From: Azolla caroliniana
Lineage: Eukaryota > Plantae > Polypodiophyta
NCBI GenBank assembly: GCA_043228905.1
Contig: JBHGNT010000658.1
Coordinates: forward strand, 1-18,217
Direction of reading: 5' to 3'
DNA: 18,217 nt
Both the position numbers and the translations under genes were made by a program. This document shows, piece by piece, positions 1 to 9,029 of the stretch. The notes beneath the pieces are model-generated. The model worked only from the letters and a program-made list of their open reading frames with translations. It was not told where the DNA came from and made no database searches. Numbering within the stretch: the stretch's first letter is position 1; each line of letters starts with the position of its first letter.

Positions 1-1807
1 AATTGATACACATTCGCCACGAACCTTCCTTCTTCTTGACTAATAGAACTGGCGCACCCCAAGGTGATTTACTATACCTAATGTGGCCCATACTCAAGTA
101 TTCCTTAAGTTGTTTAGCGATCTCATCCTCTTCTAATCGACTAAGTCGGTAAGGTGGAATGCTCACAGGAGCAGCCCCAGGGATGAGTTCAATTTGATGG
201 TCCACATTACGTTTAGGTGGTAAAGTAAGTGGTAATTCAGTAGGAAACACATCTTGAAAATCCTCTAAAATAGAGTCGAGTAATCGTTGCTCAAAATGTG
301 GTAATTGTGTGGCATCAATATTAAAATAATAAAATTGAACCGCAGGATCAATTACACACGAATAAATTAATGAACTAGAATACTCACTTAAAGATTTAGA
401 AGACACAAGTGAATGAGAAGGAAGTTTGGAACATTGAATAAAATGTTTACAATTATTAAGTTCAAATGTGATTGAGTGATTAACCCAATCAATGGACAAA
501 GAAGGGTTTTTATTAAAAAACCAAGGATATCCTAAAATGACATCTGCGGATTGTAATTTCATAACATGAAAGTCAAGCTTCTCCAAATAAGTATCTATTT
601 GAATTGGCAGTTGACAAACAATGCCACTGATGTATTGAACGTTTCCATTTGCCATGTGAACTTGATAGATATGATCACTTGCGTTTATGTGGAGCTCCAT
701 TTGCTGCACAAAGTGATCATTAAGAAAATTGTGAGAACTACCGGAATCAAACAAGAAATGTGCTTGTGTTCCATTGATATATCCGACTGCTCGGAGTAAA
801 TCATTAGGTCCAAGTAAATGTGAAGGAAAAGTGCATTCACATAAACTTAAGTGATTGGTATGAACTTCAACAATATCAAAAGACTCACCTGTGTTACTCG
901 TAGATTTGTCTTGAGGAGGGGTGTTCATTGACTTCCTCTCAAGACGACGACAGGTATCCTTTGTGTGGCCCCGCTTCTTGCAATATGCACAGAAGAGGTT
1001 CGGTTTCTTTGAGTCGCGGTCAAGAGTGTCACTGGATTGCTTACGTTTCCCAATGAACTTGACATTCAGAGTTTTGGCGAACTCAGGTTTATTGTGGTCT
1101 TTCTTGGAAGTCCTATGGTATCGCAGCACAATGTTGACGGCTTCCTCGAAAGTTGTGGGGTCCTTGTCATGGACAATCCAATGATAATCCCCATTGGGAA
1201 TACCATTCAAAAAACAAGCGACAAACCATTTCTCACCCGTAAGTCCCGATTTTTGGATCTGGGTCCGAGCGTGATGCACATAATCCTCGAGAGAGGTAAA
1301 TGGCTTACTAGACAATGTGAGCAAGTGTTGCGCTTGTTCGGTTTGAGAAGGTGGCTGCAAGAATTGTTTCTTAAAAACATCAACGAAACCTTCCCAAGTT
1401 GTGGGTAAGTTTTTTGCGGTCCTTAGGCCACGCCACCAAGCAGCAGCTCGGCCACCTAACTCACGACCGACATAACCAATTTTTACTGCATCGGGCTTGG
1501 GATGAAGCTCAAAGTGAGACTCCCAACGACCAAGCCAAGTGCTAATGGCCTCCTCGGTTCTTTCTTTCTTATCTCCCTTGAAAGGCGTGACTACGAAGGA
1601 AGGTTCACCTTCTTTCTTGGACTCAATAGTTAATTCTTGGAATTTCTTTTCCAATGCCATATTGGCCTGTCTCATTTCGGCCAATTGATTCAAGGTAGTA
1701 GTGAGCAATTGCTCAATAGTGATCTCAGCTTGTGTGCGAGATGCGGATTGGGGTTGAGAGGTCTCATTTGGAGAGATCGTTCCAACTGCGTTCAAAACTT
1801 GTTCCAT
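1..1807 (-). CDS. Gypsy Gag-Pol polyprotein (gag, CCHC zinc knuckle, aspartic protease, RT N-terminus), partial
   Basis: Manual translation from ATG at 1807 (MEQVLNAVGT...) is open for ~602 codons to the edge; probably missing from the ORF track because it has no stop in the window. Gag AAAWWRGL..PTTWEGF; knuckle CAYCKKRGHTKDTC (991-950); protease FLFDSGSSHNF (DSG 748-740) and DVILGYPW; RT LPPKRNVDHQIELIPG..PPYRLS..SPWGAPVLLVKKKEGSWRMCIN. Confidence 0.95.
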   Translation of the reverse strand, partial: MEQVLNAVGTISPNETSQPQSASRTQAEITIEQLLTTTLNQLAEMRQANMALEKKFQELTIESKKEGEPSFVVTPFKGDKKERTEEAISTWLGRWESHFELHPKPDAVKIGYVGRELGGRAAAWWRGLRTAKNLPTTWEGFVDVFKKQFLQPPSQTEQAQHLLTLSSKPFTSLEDYVHHARTQIQKSGLTGEKWFVACFLNGIPNGDYHWIVHDKDPTTFEEAVNIVLRYHRTSKKDHNKPEFAKTLNVKFIGKRKQSSDTLDRDSKKPNLFCAYCKKRGHTKDTCRRLERKSMNTPPQDKSTSNTGESFDIVEVHTNHLSLCECTFPSHLLGPNDLLRAVGYINGTQAHFLFDSGSSHNFLNDHFVQQMELHINASDHIYQVHMANGNVQYISGIVCQLPIQIDTYLEKLDFHVMKLQSADVILGYPWFFNKNPSLSIDWVNHSITFELNNCKHFIQCSKLPSHSLVSSKSLSEYSSSLIYSCVIDPAVQFYYFNIDATQLPHFEQRLLDSILEDFQDVFPTELPLTLPPKRNVDHQIELIPGAAPVSIPPYRLSRLEEDEIAKQLKEYLSMGHIRYSKSPWGAPVLLVKKKEGSWRMCIN

Positions 1808-2799
1808 GATGCACGCTGTGGGTATGCAATAAAATAAGGAGGTTCAGAAAATACACAAGCAAAATGAATGCTTGAAATTTTGATTGAAAGAACTTTATCC
1901 AAGAAAGTATCTCATGTCTTTACCCCTCTAGACATATGAGATGTGATTCGAGATCCGATAACTATGGTAACACTATGGTGTTTTAAAAACCATGGGGGAA
2001 AACATAGCTAAGATGTATTTCTCGGATCTCTATCTTGAGTAATCATGGCGGCTCCCCGAGGCTCAACCATGGTTCTTACATCAATGAAATTTCCTAGATA
2101 GCCTTATATTAATGCCAACCCATCATGTATTATATGGTCGAGAAAGTGTATTACGTGAAAAAACAAGTGCACTCACAAGTAATATTCTAGTCTTGCGAGC
2201 AATAAGCAAACGTGATGATAAAATGATAAAATAAGGCACTACTCATAAGAGTTAAGTAGTGACGAAAACAAGGGTAAAAAAAAAAGAACCCATGTGTTAC
2301 CTACGAAAAAAAAACAATGTCACAAATAAATGGGAAGTGCAAGGTATGCACATATACATCCCAATATGATTGTTATAACTTGCACAATTGTGACATAAGC
2401 CACAAATTGATACAAGTGATGACGGTGTTGTGCGCAAAGATGTAATACTCAATCCATGAGTAAAACATCAATAAGGGAACTCATATGGTTTTACTCATTT
2501 TCTAAGGCTTGATGATAAGAGTTAAACCTAGATGACCCGTTGAAAAAAAAAATCGTTCAACAAGCCACTCCATACGAAAAAAATAGTCTACACGTAAAGG
2601 TTACATTAAAAATAAACGATGTAAATACTTTATACATGAAAAGGAAGTGGAAAAAGGAGAGTTAATTGTGGGCGGTAAATAATAATTACTAGAAAATCAT
2701 ATAAGTGAAACAATACTTATGAAATTAAAATTTAATTAGAATAATCAACAATTAGGTGTATGGAATCAAACATGCCCTAAGATACGAAACCCTAGGGTA

Positions 2800-3127
2800 G
2801 TTGACATGCACCTCCTCAAGACCACCACATATCCCTAGAATCGGCCAAGTAATGGCTAATTAAAGAGGAAAGTGGCATAGGTAAGTGACATATACCTCGT
2901 CAAGGCCACATCATCCCTTAGAATCGGCCAATTGATGGCTAATTAAAAAGGAAAGTGGCATATGTAAGCTACATATACCTTGTCAAGGCCACAACATCCC
3001 ATAGAATCGGCCAATTGATGGCTTAATAGAGAGTAGAGTGGCATAGGTAGGCAACATACACCTCGTCAAGGCCACATCATCCCTTAGAATCGGCCAAGTG
3101 ATGGCTCAATAGAGGGGAAGAGTGGTA
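2800..3127. repeat. 83-bp tandem repeat x4 in Gypsy 5' leader
   Basis: TAGAATCGGCCA recurs at 2836, 2919, 3002 and 3085 (period 83), with shared CCTCGTCAAGGCCACA-like and AGTGGCATA-like blocks. Confidence 0.92.
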
Positions 3128-3138
3128 TACTCAACATC

Positions 3139-3318
3139 ATATGCAAAACGGCCATGAGATAAGCGTGTGCGATTAGAGCAAACACGCTCGACCCAATGCA
3201 CAAGAATAATTATTATCGTAAGAGTTCAAGAGAGGAGAGAGTGGGATATATATCGCAATATGCAAAAGGCCATGAGTTGAGCGTGTGCGATTAGTGCAAA
3301 CACGCTCGGCCCGATGCA
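3139..3318. repeat. Two ~60-bp direct repeats, each with a stem-loop
   Basis: ATATGCAAAA(C/-)GGCCATGAG..AGCGTGTGCGATTAG.GCAAACACGCTCG at ~3139 and ~3258; stems AGCGTGT/ACACGCT (3162-3188) and GAGCGTGT/ACACGCTC (3279-3307). Confidence 0.85.
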
Positions 3319-3551
3319 TAATAATAAGTAAAATCGTAGCGTAGTAGGAGGTAGAAAGAAAGAGAATAAAACGTAATACCAATTTGATTCGACCATAAAG
3401 AACGCATAATAGAAAAAGAGAAGAGATCAAAAAAGAAGAATACCGGGTTTAGAGTGTTGTTTTGATCCTGAGAAGAGCATGACGAGCCTTGTTAGATCCC
3501 CCTCGCTCACACGCAAAAAACATCAAAACAACAAAAAAATTGTTAGTAAAA

Positions 3552-3563
3552 GCTCTGATACCA
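3552..3563 (-). promoter_or_regulatory. Primer binding site (initiator tRNA-Met) of the Gypsy element
   Basis: Reverse complement is TGGTATCAGAGC, the canonical plant iMet PBS, 1 nt from the LTR end. Confidence 0.95.
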
Positions 3564-3564
3564 C

Positions 3565-4038
3565 TGTTAAGAGTCTATTACTAATCAATAGACCAAATCA
3601 AGTAAAAAGGAAGAAAATAGATTGGATAGAAGAACCCGTTCCACCCGACCACCCCCGAGCTATGATCTAGACATAGCCAACCTACCACCGACGTCCCATA
3701 CCGCCGGATATTAGGATGACTAATACCTTGGAAGAGATAAACACGATCGTCGAGACGAAAGCCTAGCCCGCACCACCGGTGTCTACGACAGCAGCCTTCC
3801 GACGTGATTGTCCCTATGAGGGTAGCTAAGCCTCATATTTATACCTTTTCCTAGGCCCCTTGAATAGATGTGCCTTTCTAAAAGGCTCTCTATTCATTGG
3901 TTGTCTAAATCATGATAGTGCATGCACATATCATTCATTCTATCCAATCATTAGTCCCCTTTTTAATAATAGTGAACATACCCTTCACTAATGTAAATAT
4001 TAGTGACCTACCCTCACCAACGTTATGTGTACATAACA
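3565..4038 (-). repeat. 5' LTR of the Gypsy element (474 bp)
   Basis: TGTTA...TAACA inverted termini; adjacent PBS; minus-strand TATAAAT at 3843-3837; right flank GGAAG (4039-4043) is the expected TSD copy. Confidence 0.9.
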
Positions 4039-4808
4039 GGAAGTGCGTGAGCCGGAGAGCTACGCAGAAGCGGCGAAGGACGCGAATTGGCATGCCGCGA
4101 TGGAGGAAGAGATGCACGCATTGGCGGAGAACGAGACCTGGGACCTGGTTGACGCACCGAAGGGTGTGAAGCCGATCAGGTGTAGATGGGTGTACAAAGT
4201 CAAGTACAACACCGATGGCTCGGTCAACCGGTACAAGGCTCGGCTAGTGGCAAAGGGCTACACGCAGAAACACGGCATCGACTACGATGAGACGTTTGCG
4301 CCGGTCGCGAAAATGACGATCGTCCGTGTTTTGCTCGCAGTAGCCGCGGCCAAGGGGTGGCACCTACATCAGATGGATGTAAAGAATGCGTTCCTGCAAG
4401 GTGACCTTGAGGAACAAGTGTACATGGTACAGCCCCCCGGATTTCACTCTGGAACGAACTCCTCGGCAATATGCCAACTGAAGAAGTCCCTTTACGGACT
4501 GAAGCAAGCCCCGCGTGCTTAGAACGCGAAGATCACGCAACAACTGCGTCGGTTGGGCTTCGTCACATCAAAATCGGACTCTTCCCTGTTCATCCAGAAA
4601 GGTCGACTCGGACCGGTTAGTATTTTACTGTATGTTGATGACTTGGTCATCACCGGCGCCGACCTAGGTGAAATCGACCGCGTGAAGCTCCAGCTTGCGG
4701 CATCGTTCGACATGAAGGATCTGGGGGACCTTCATTACTTCCTCGGGATCGAAGTGATCCGTACCCCCGAAGGCATATTGATCAGCCAACATCATTACGT
4801 GCTGAGTA

Positions 4809-5630
4809 TGTTGGGAGACAGGTCCCTCTGGATGGGAAGGGAGAAGATCAGTGCTGATGAACGAACTTGGCCGAGGCCGATAGGCCGAGGCCGAAACCGT
4901 GTGAGGAGTACCCGGCTACGGAGAGCCGGATGGTGCAGGCCCGGTATGAACCGGATGAGGAGTACCCGGCTACGCAGAGCCGGATGGTGCAGGCCCGGTA
5001 TGAACCGGATGAGGAGTACTCGGCTACGGAGAGCCGGATGGTGCAGGCCCGGTATGAACCGGATGAGGAGTACCGAGCTACGGAGAGCCGGATGATACAG
5101 GCCCGATATGAACCGGATGAGGAGTACTCGGCTACGGAGAGCCGGATGGTGCAGGCACGGTATGAACCGGATGAGGAGACATATTCGTAAATATGTTTCT
5201 GAGAGCCTATCGAGGCTACATTTGTAAATAGCCGAAAAGTCATATTAGTATAAATATGACTTAGGGCAAACTTTTAGATATAGTAGTTGTCATTCTTCCT
5301 TGTTGGTTCAAGAAGAAGAGAGAGTGTGTAACTGTACAGAGAGAGAGAGAGAGACGAGGTCGTTGCCTCTGTTGTAACCGCCGCCTGTGGCGAAGATTTG
5401 TGAGCACAAGGTCGGTGCCTCAGTGAACTCACTGTTGTATATTCCTACATAGTGACAGTTTGCAGCCTGTGGGCTGCCGTGGTTTTTCCCCCTAGTTTGG
5501 GGTTTTCCACGTAAACCTCCTGTGTATCTTCCTCTCCTTTGAGTCGTGTTTTCGTTTCTTGTTTTCTGTGTATGAAAAGAATCTCGGTTGCGGCCGAGCT
5601 TTGTGCATAAGGGGTGTTGGGTTCCCGTCA
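4809..5630 (+). mobile_element. Solo LTR (822 bp) inserted in Copia A RT
   Basis: TGTTGGGA...TCCCGTCA termini; perfect 5-bp TSD GAGTA at 4804-4808 and 5631-5635; TATAAATA at 5249-5256; (AG)n at 5338-5354; GTGGTTTTTCCC..GGGGTTTTCCAC stem at ~5479-5510; no internal PBS, pol or PPT. Confidence 0.93.
4903..5178 (+). repeat. 54-bp tandem repeat x5 (plus partial) in solo-LTR U3
   Basis: Unit GAGGAGTACCCGGCTACGGAGAGCCGGATGGTGCAGGCCCGGTATGAACCGGAT starts at 4903, 4957, 5011, 5065, 5119 and 5173 (partial). Confidence 0.97.
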
Positions 5631-6930
5631 GAGTATGCTCTTCAAACTCGGGATGGCCGACTGTAAGTCCATCTTGACTCCTCTGGACAGAACCGTCAAG
5701 CTTCGTCCCGATACGGGAAAGGTATGCGACCCGACGAGGTTCCGACAAATTGTCGGTAGCCTCATATACTTGACCATCACCAGACCCGACCTCAGTTATC
5801 CGGTCGGAGTGATCAGTCAGTTCATGGCGCGACCTACCGAGGAGCACCTTCAGTGTGCACAACGCGTACTTCGGTACGTAAGCGGCACTAAGGACCGTGG
5901 ACTGCTATATCGGACCGGTGCAGTCGCGCAGTTAGTCGGCTATACCGATGTTGATTGGGCTGGCAACGCCGCCGATCGCTGATCCACGTCCGGATACGCG
6001 TTCTCCCTCGGGAGTGCCGCGATCGCGTGGAGCAGTAAGAAGCAGCCGACAGTTGCACTGTCGAGCACCGAAGCTGAGTACCGAGGAGCGGTTGTCGCGA
6101 CATGTGAAGCCATATGGTTGAAGCGGCTTCTTAAGGACCTGCAAGAGGAGGTGTCAGATCCAACAACGATCTACTACGACAACCTCAGCAGCATCCAACT
6201 CGTGAAGAACCCCGTCTTCCACGCACGGACCAAGCACATTGAGGTGCACTACCATTTCGTCCGTGAGCGTGTCCTTTCCGGTGAAGTCGAACTTCAGTAC
6301 GTTCCGACGGATCGGCAGGCTGCCGACATCTTCACCAAGCCTCTTGGTCTGGACAAGTTGCGGCAATTCTCAGGTGCACTCGGGTTGCATCACCTTGACG
6401 TGCCGAGCTTGAGGGGGAGAATAGTCCCGAACGACCAAGCAAGTCAGCAGGAAAGGAGCAGACACCGCGACACCGAGTCGGTTGACAAGTTCGACATCGG
6501 ATCGGCTGAAGAAGCCGAGGGCGGACCCGCGGAAAAGTTCGGAAGCAGACAGAAGGGGAGCAACCGAAGGAGAGAGCCGAAGCCAACCACGCATGGAGAA
6601 GATGACGCCATCGAAGGCGAGAAGACCGAAGACGAGTTGGAGACAGCCAACTCGGACGAGAGCGAAAACCGATCGGAGGTAGCCGAGTCGGTTCGGATGT
6701 TTGATTCAGACACGTTGAATCAACCGAGGCCCAAGCAGAAGAAAAGGCAGCAGAAGAAGTGTCGACACCGCAACAGCAGAAGAGCTGATAAGGGCCGCAT
6801 GAGCAGACGTGCCGACCGGAAGGGTTGAAGCGCGCGGAGTCGGACAGGTCGAGGAGCGTGAGCGAGGCGTGAAGCCAGGAGGAACCGGAGCTGTGAGCCC
6901 GAGGATCCCGAAGAGCCTCGAGTTGAGCTT

Positions 6931-6939
6931 GAGGGGGAG
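6931..6939 (+). promoter_or_regulatory. Polypurine tract of Copia A
   Basis: GAGGGGGAG directly before the LTR start TGTTGAGAG; a second copy lies at 6411-6419. Confidence 0.9.
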
Positions 6940-7334
6940 TGTTGAGAGACAAGCTCAACATCGGCCGGTTCGGCTGAAGAAGCCGAGGACTAGATCGGTT
7001 GGGACCAATCGGCTAGGCCGAGTGCGTAAACCGGGAGGTCGTTAGGAAAGATATTCCGTAAGGAATATATTTGGGAGTTAGTGTAGGAGCTCTTGATGAG
7101 CATTGAAGTATTGTCAGTACTTCGGTCAGTCCTTCTAGGGCTTGTATAAAAGTGTTCACTGAGCACGTCTTATGTACAGACTGAGTATTATTGTTGAATA
7201 TAGTTTTTTGTGTCTTCTCTCTCACTCTCTCTGTCTCTCCCGTGTATACCGTGTAAGCTCAAGCTCTCCATTAAACCTGAGTTTCCTTCCTTCTGTTCGG
7301 TCTTCATACTTGCTTCCGCACGTTGCTTTCTACA
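6940..7334 (+). repeat. 3' LTR of Copia A (395 bp)
   Basis: TGTTGAGAG...CTTTCTACA; TATAAAA at 7145-7151; CT-rich tract ~7215-7240; integrase codons (GYKCYNP) of element B resume at 7335. Confidence 0.88.
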
Positions 7335-8866
7335 GGGTACAAGTGCTATAACCCCTCAACTCAAAAGGTTCGTGTAGTTCAAGATGTCATTTTCAACAAG
7401 TCAGCATCCTGGTACGCACAAGAGACAACCTCAATTTTAACTCGGTTTGACCCGGAATCCTCCGAACAAGAGATAGAATATGGAGATCGACTCAAACACA
7501 TGTTCGAAGAAAGTCCGATTATGACAAGGCTTAGTGGCCCACAAGCGCCCCCGAGCAACCAAAGCACATCTCATCCTAGTCCGAAGATGGACAAAGGCAA
7601 GGCGAAAATACCGGCGTATGAAGACGATCAATTCGACGGCAACGAATCGACTCACTCCCTCGACAGTGAGTTCGAAGGCCTCGACATCCGGATAAATGGA
7701 GTGAAGAAAGCATTAGTGTCTGCAAACGAGAAGGTACGCCGGTCCACCCGTGAAAAGAACCTCGTAAGCTCGACTCTTCGCAAAAGGATACGCACAAACG
7801 CACGACGTCGATTACGAGGAGACATTTGCCCCAGTGGCAAAGATGGCAATGGTGCGAATAGTTATTGCACTCGCAACAGCAAAAGGGTGGCATGATCTAG
7901 TCATCGGGCGAAAGGATCTCGTCGAGATCAATAAGATTAAATCACTCCTATTCGGAAGATTTGAAATGAAAGATATGCACGAACTCCATTACTTCCTTGG
8001 TATTGAAGTAATTTGGACACCGGTCGGGCTATTGATCTCTCAACGGCACTACGTTCTCAACTTACTCTACAAGTTCAGATGACCGAGTGGAAACCTCTGT
8101 CTACCCCTCTCGACAGAAATCTCAAGCTCGATGTCAATTCGGGCACAACCGAGTGTGATCCAACTCAATATCGACAACTAATTGGCAGTCTAATCTATCT
8201 AACCATCACATGACCTAACCTCAACTATTCAGTCGGCCTACTTAGCCAATTCATGCAGAACCCACGAAATGATCATCTCGATTGCGCTAAGAGGATACTT
8301 CAGTATGTCAGTACAACGATGGATTATGGCATCATGTATAAGTCAAATACACTTATTCAACTAGAAGGGTACACAAACGCAGATTGGGCTGGCTATAAGG
8401 CCAATAGACGATCAACATCAGGTTTCGTCTTCTCCCTCGCAGCGAAGCGATCTCCTAGAGCAGCAAGAAGCAACCGACAGTCGCATTGTCCAGTACAAAG
8501 GCCGAATACAGGGGCACGGTAGTCGCTGCATGCGAGACCGTTTGGCTCAAACGCATTTTGAAGGATCTGGGTGCTCCCATCACGAATCTGGTTCGCTTAT
8601 ACTACGACAACATGAGCAGTATCTACCTAGCTCGGAACTCGGTGTTCCACGTGTGGACTACGCATATCGAAGTGCACTATCACTTCATCCGAGAGCGTGT
8701 TCAAGCTAGAGATGTCGATTTACGACACATCAACACGAATCTTCAGGTAGCTAACATCTTCACTAAAGCCCTGGGGATCGACAAGTTGCAGCAGTTTGCG
8801 ACGAACCTAGGTCTCTCGATCACCGACCAGCCGCACTTGAGGGGGAGTACCAAAAAACAACAGTAA
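7335..8866 (+). pseudogene. Copia B pol remnant (integrase C-terminus, RT with two deletions, RNase H)
   Basis: GYKCYNPSTQKVRVVQDVIF; jump at ~7767 from RRSTREKNLV to ARLFAKGY; jump at ~7893 from AKGWH to DLVI (QMDV..YVD lost); frameshifts ~8077 and ~8438; TGA 8211-8213; YTNADWAG, HIEVHYHF, ANIFTK. Confidence 0.92.
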
Positions 8867-9029
8867 TCATCGATGTCGAACAGCAGCCGATCGAAGCCAA
8901 CCAAAGGAGTTGAAATATGATAACAACCAAAACAACTCGAAAGCCAAAGCCGATTCAGTCGAATTGAAGTTTTTCGAAGATCGAACCGAACCAACATTTC
9001 GACATCTGGAAGTTGTATTCAAAGGGGCG

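Larger units (their letters stand above)
1..4038 (-). mobile_element. Ty3/Gypsy LTR retrotransposon (chromovirus-like), 5' part, truncated by left window edge
   Basis: Minus-strand order LTR (4038-3565), PBS (3563-3552), leader, gag, protease, RT. RT directly after protease is the Gypsy domain order. Copia pol sequence starts immediately at 4039. Confidence 0.95.
4039..6828 (+). pseudogene. Copia A pol (RT-RNase H) with two nonsense codons and a solo-LTR insertion
   Basis: [42 protein letters not shown] (4631-4642), TRPDL, YTDVDWAG, STEAEY, KHIEVHYHF, ADIFTK. Stops TAG 4520-4522 (from TGG) and TGA 5980-5982 (from CGA). Removing the insert plus one TSD restores one frame (HYVLS-MLFKLG). Confidence 0.95.
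4039..7334 (+). mobile_element. Ty1/Copia element A, 3' half (RT, RNase H, extension, PPT, 3' LTR)
   Basis: Copia RT/RNase H motifs, PPT at 6931-6939, LTR 6940-7334; interrupted by the Gypsy at 4038/4039 and the solo LTR at 4809-5630. Confidence 0.95.

Noticed and set aside
566-1837. Plus-strand ORFs 566-799, 921-1184, 1037-1408, 1637-1837
   Set aside because: Antisense shadows of the minus-strand gag-pol.
3173-3670. ORFs 3173-3430 (-) and 3479-3670 (+) as extra Gypsy genes
   Set aside because: Short, compositionally biased, overlapping leader repeats or the PBS/LTR junction, with no recognisable domain.
4903-5178. CRISPR-like array of palindromic repeats
   Set aside because: Units are head-to-tail with no unique spacers, there are no cas genes, and the array lies inside a TSD-flanked LTR.
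4848-5243. Repeat-peptide ORFs (EEYPATESRMVQARYEPD)n, the antisense ORF and the RT-repeat fusion 4553-5095
   Set aside because: By-products of a GC-rich repeat whose 54-bp length is a multiple of 3; the fusion lies downstream of the stop at 4520.
6411-6419. First GAGGGGGAG as the functional PPT/LTR boundary of A (likewise 8839-8847 in B)
   Set aside because: Not followed by TG; the TGTTGAGA termini follow the downstream copies.
6332-6961. 209-aa antisense ORF starting in LTR A
   Set aside because: Ser/Leu/Arg-rich mirror of a purine-rich sense strand with several frames open; no motif, and not shared by B.
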